A DNA stretch of 60,513 nucleotides, counting the filler. It is 8 parts of 8 records of this genome, joined end to end, with 100 filler letters (N's around TTAATTAATTAA, not from the genome) between each part and the next. Parts side by side here need not be neighbours in the genome. Positions count along the whole stretch, not along the records: positions 54,762 to 60,513 come from SRR31156797_56686; 7 more parts are not named here. The stretch is one strand, 5' to 3'. Made by a program: the position numbers and the translations under genes. The notes beneath the pieces were generated by a model, which was not told where the DNA came from, did not search any database, and saw nothing but the letters and a program-made list of their open reading frames with translations. Below are positions 59,412 to 60,513 of this stretch, in pieces (position 1 is the stretch's first letter; the number at the start of each line of letters is the position of its first letter).

Positions 59412-59444
59412 TGTCGCGATATCCTGTCATGATATGTCGTGATA
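59412..59444. repeat. Three direct copies of TGTCRYGATA
   Basis: TGTCGCGATA (59412), TGTCATGATA (59425), TGTCGTGATA (59435). Confidence 0.7.
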
Positions 59445-59729
59445 CTATATGGCCAGTTCATAATGAGATTGCCTGGCGGAATCCTTCACCCAATCTTTGA
59501 TGAATTTGGCGGATCTTCCCTTCGGTAGGGGGTCCCTGTGATCAAGGTATGACTCCACGATCTTACGCGCCACGTCCTACGTCCTGGGTCTATTTCCAGT
59601 GTTTCTGCAACCGTTCTCCCCAGAGTCTGCTGCTTATTTGGGATCCGGCAGGCGCCACGCTTCAACTTCATTATTCAGTCTGTCACACGAAACCAGTATA
59701 CATGGGATAGGGCCCCAGGTGAACCGCAT

Positions 59730-60074
59730 TCACAGAAAGATCCGGTATCCAACATTCAGAACCTCTGCCAGTTTTTTAGCCCGCTTTTTTCCAATGGGCC
59801 GTTTTCCATTTTCCATCTCGGAAATATGACTTTGCGGGATACCCGTCATTTCGGATAGCACTTTTTGGGTCATGCCCTCTTTCAATCTGGATCCGGAAAG
59901 ACAAACGCCGGGCAGCTCTTCGTCCTCATACTCCGGGAACAGATCACGCCAGGGAACGGAGTCGGAGGCATTAACAAACCCCAGCGGCTTCAATGCTTCA
60001 ATGGCCTTCGCCTTGTTTGCCATCGGGCCGACGAATTTTATTTCAATAGGGTGCTCGTTCGTGTGTTCCAACAT
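59730..60074 (-). CDS. XRE-HTH antitoxin (HigA-like)
   Basis: RLKEGMTQKVLSEMTGIPQSHISEMENGKRPIG; GGAGG RBS lies inside the toxin 3' end. Confidence 0.88.
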   Translation of the reverse strand: MLEHTNEHPIEIKFVGPMANKAKAIEALKPLGFVNASDSVPWRDLFPEYEDEELPGVCLSGSRLKEGMTQKVLSEMTGIPQSHISEMENGKRPIGKKRAKKLAEVLNVGYRIFL

Positions 60075-60323
60075 AGGACACCTCCACCAACCTTACTTCT
60101 TTGTCTCTTATCTCCCAGACGGCCACGTAGGTGGGCTTTCCCTTTTTCAAGTGGCAATGGCAACGATTTCCTCCCAAAGAACCCTAGTTCCGCCAGTTAT
60201 TTCTGTATGGCCCATATGCTTCAATCTCAGCCAGAAGCGTCGCCAGGATCTTTCTGATTCCTGGGGGGGGAGGCTTTTAGCGCGTTTTTGAACCTTCTTT
60301 TTTACGGTGACCGTCCACGGCAT
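60043..60323 (-). pseudogene. RelE/HigB-like toxin pseudogene
   Basis: MPWTVTVKKKVQKRAKSLP, frameshift in a C8 tract (60263-60270), IRKILATLLAEIEAYGPYRNNWRN, TAG (60186-60184), ...CHLKKGKPTYVAVWE...YVGTHERAPY*. Confidence 0.82.
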
Positions 60324-60328
60324 GACTC

Positions 60329-60356
60329 ATTATCCCTTTTTTGGGTATATTGTCAA
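60329..60356 (-). promoter_or_regulatory. TA operon promoter/operator (probably leaderless)
   Basis: TTGACA, 16 nt, GATAAT, 5 nt, ATG; spacer contains palindrome TACCC-A6-GGGAT. Confidence 0.6.
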
Positions 60357-60393
60357 GTGGAACCGTGACCAGATTCATTGGAATCCGCGCCCT

Positions 60394-60430
60394 AAAAAAA
60401 GAAAAGCCGCAACCCGTTAGGATTACGGCT
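60394..60430 (-). terminator. Terminator downstream of tRNA-Leu
   Basis: Minus strand AGCCGTAATCC-loop-GGTTGCGGCT-TTTCTTTTTTT. Confidence 0.75.
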
Positions 60431-60442
60431 ATCTCTCAAAAT

Positions 60443-60513
60443 TGGTGCCGAAGGCGAGACTCGAACTCGCACAGGCGTACGCCCACTAGACCCTGAACCT
60501 AGCGCGTCTACCA
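60443..60513 (-). tRNA. tRNA-Leu(CAG), 5' end cut by the window edge
   Basis: Minus strand TGGTAGACGCG-CTAGG-TTCAGGG-TCTAG, long variable arm, GTTCGAGTC, GGCACCA. Confidence 0.95.

Larger units (their letters stand above)
57815..60459. mobile_element. tRNA-Leu-integrated genomic islet without integrase
   Basis: Bounded by a 17-bp direct repeat of the tRNA 3' end; carries Fic and TA genes. Confidence 0.8.

Noticed and set aside
60184-60186. In-frame TAG as possible pyrrolysine or recoding
   Set aside because: The same gene also has a frameshift and no pyl genes are visible; pseudogenisation is simpler.
1-60513. CRISPR array, rRNA, integrase or transposase genes
   Set aside because: None recognisable; the short tandem repeats lack unique spacers.

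Overview
The window is not one locus. It is a concatenation of 8 unrelated contigs joined by 100-bp artificial linkers (N44-TTAATTAATTAA-N44) at 9758, 19096, 26240, 36270, 43750, 48962 and 54662, so gene neighbourhoods are only meaningful within a contig. Taxonomic labels below are impressions from gene content and composition. Contig 1 (Desulfobacterota-like): partial PAS histidine kinase, a small His/Cys-rich protein, a wtpABC tungstate/molybdate ABC transporter, a VPLPA-CTERM protein, a TIR plus multi-TM protein, and a MarR/amidohydrolase pair with twin operators. Contig 2: YaiI, DUF2914, TamB, Omp85, a membrane protein with DUF2752, and small phage-like ORFs. Contig 3 (spirochaete-like): haemolysin III, MCP, RRM protein, TetR plus ABC exporter. 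Contig 4 (AT-rich, Bacteroidota-like): TPR/MORN protein, active and inactive DUF3857-transglutaminase paralogues, SUFU, nitroreductase, VOC protein. Contig 5: diguanylate cyclase, FIST-MCP, MFS, EAL. Contig 6: hybrid kinase, RhlE, Csp, divergent acyl-CoA ligase, tRNA-Gly 3' end. Contig 7: integron attC sites without a visible integrase, including a two-gene rhombotarget lipoprotein plus rhombosortase cassette, around a non-canonical diadenylate-cyclase-like gene. Contig 8: Uup, iota-carbonic-anhydrase-like protein, decayed sigma54 activator, an unannotated 53-aa lipoprotein, and a ~2.6-kb islet at tRNA-Leu(CAG) carrying Fic, an antitoxin and a pseudogenised RelE-like toxin. Best leads: the protein-sorting integron cassette, the membrane-embedded TIR protein, the transglutaminase/pseudo-transglutaminase/MORN/SUFU cluster, the RFN-type DAC-like protein and the Hpn-like protein. 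Family calls come from motif recognition only; no searches were run.
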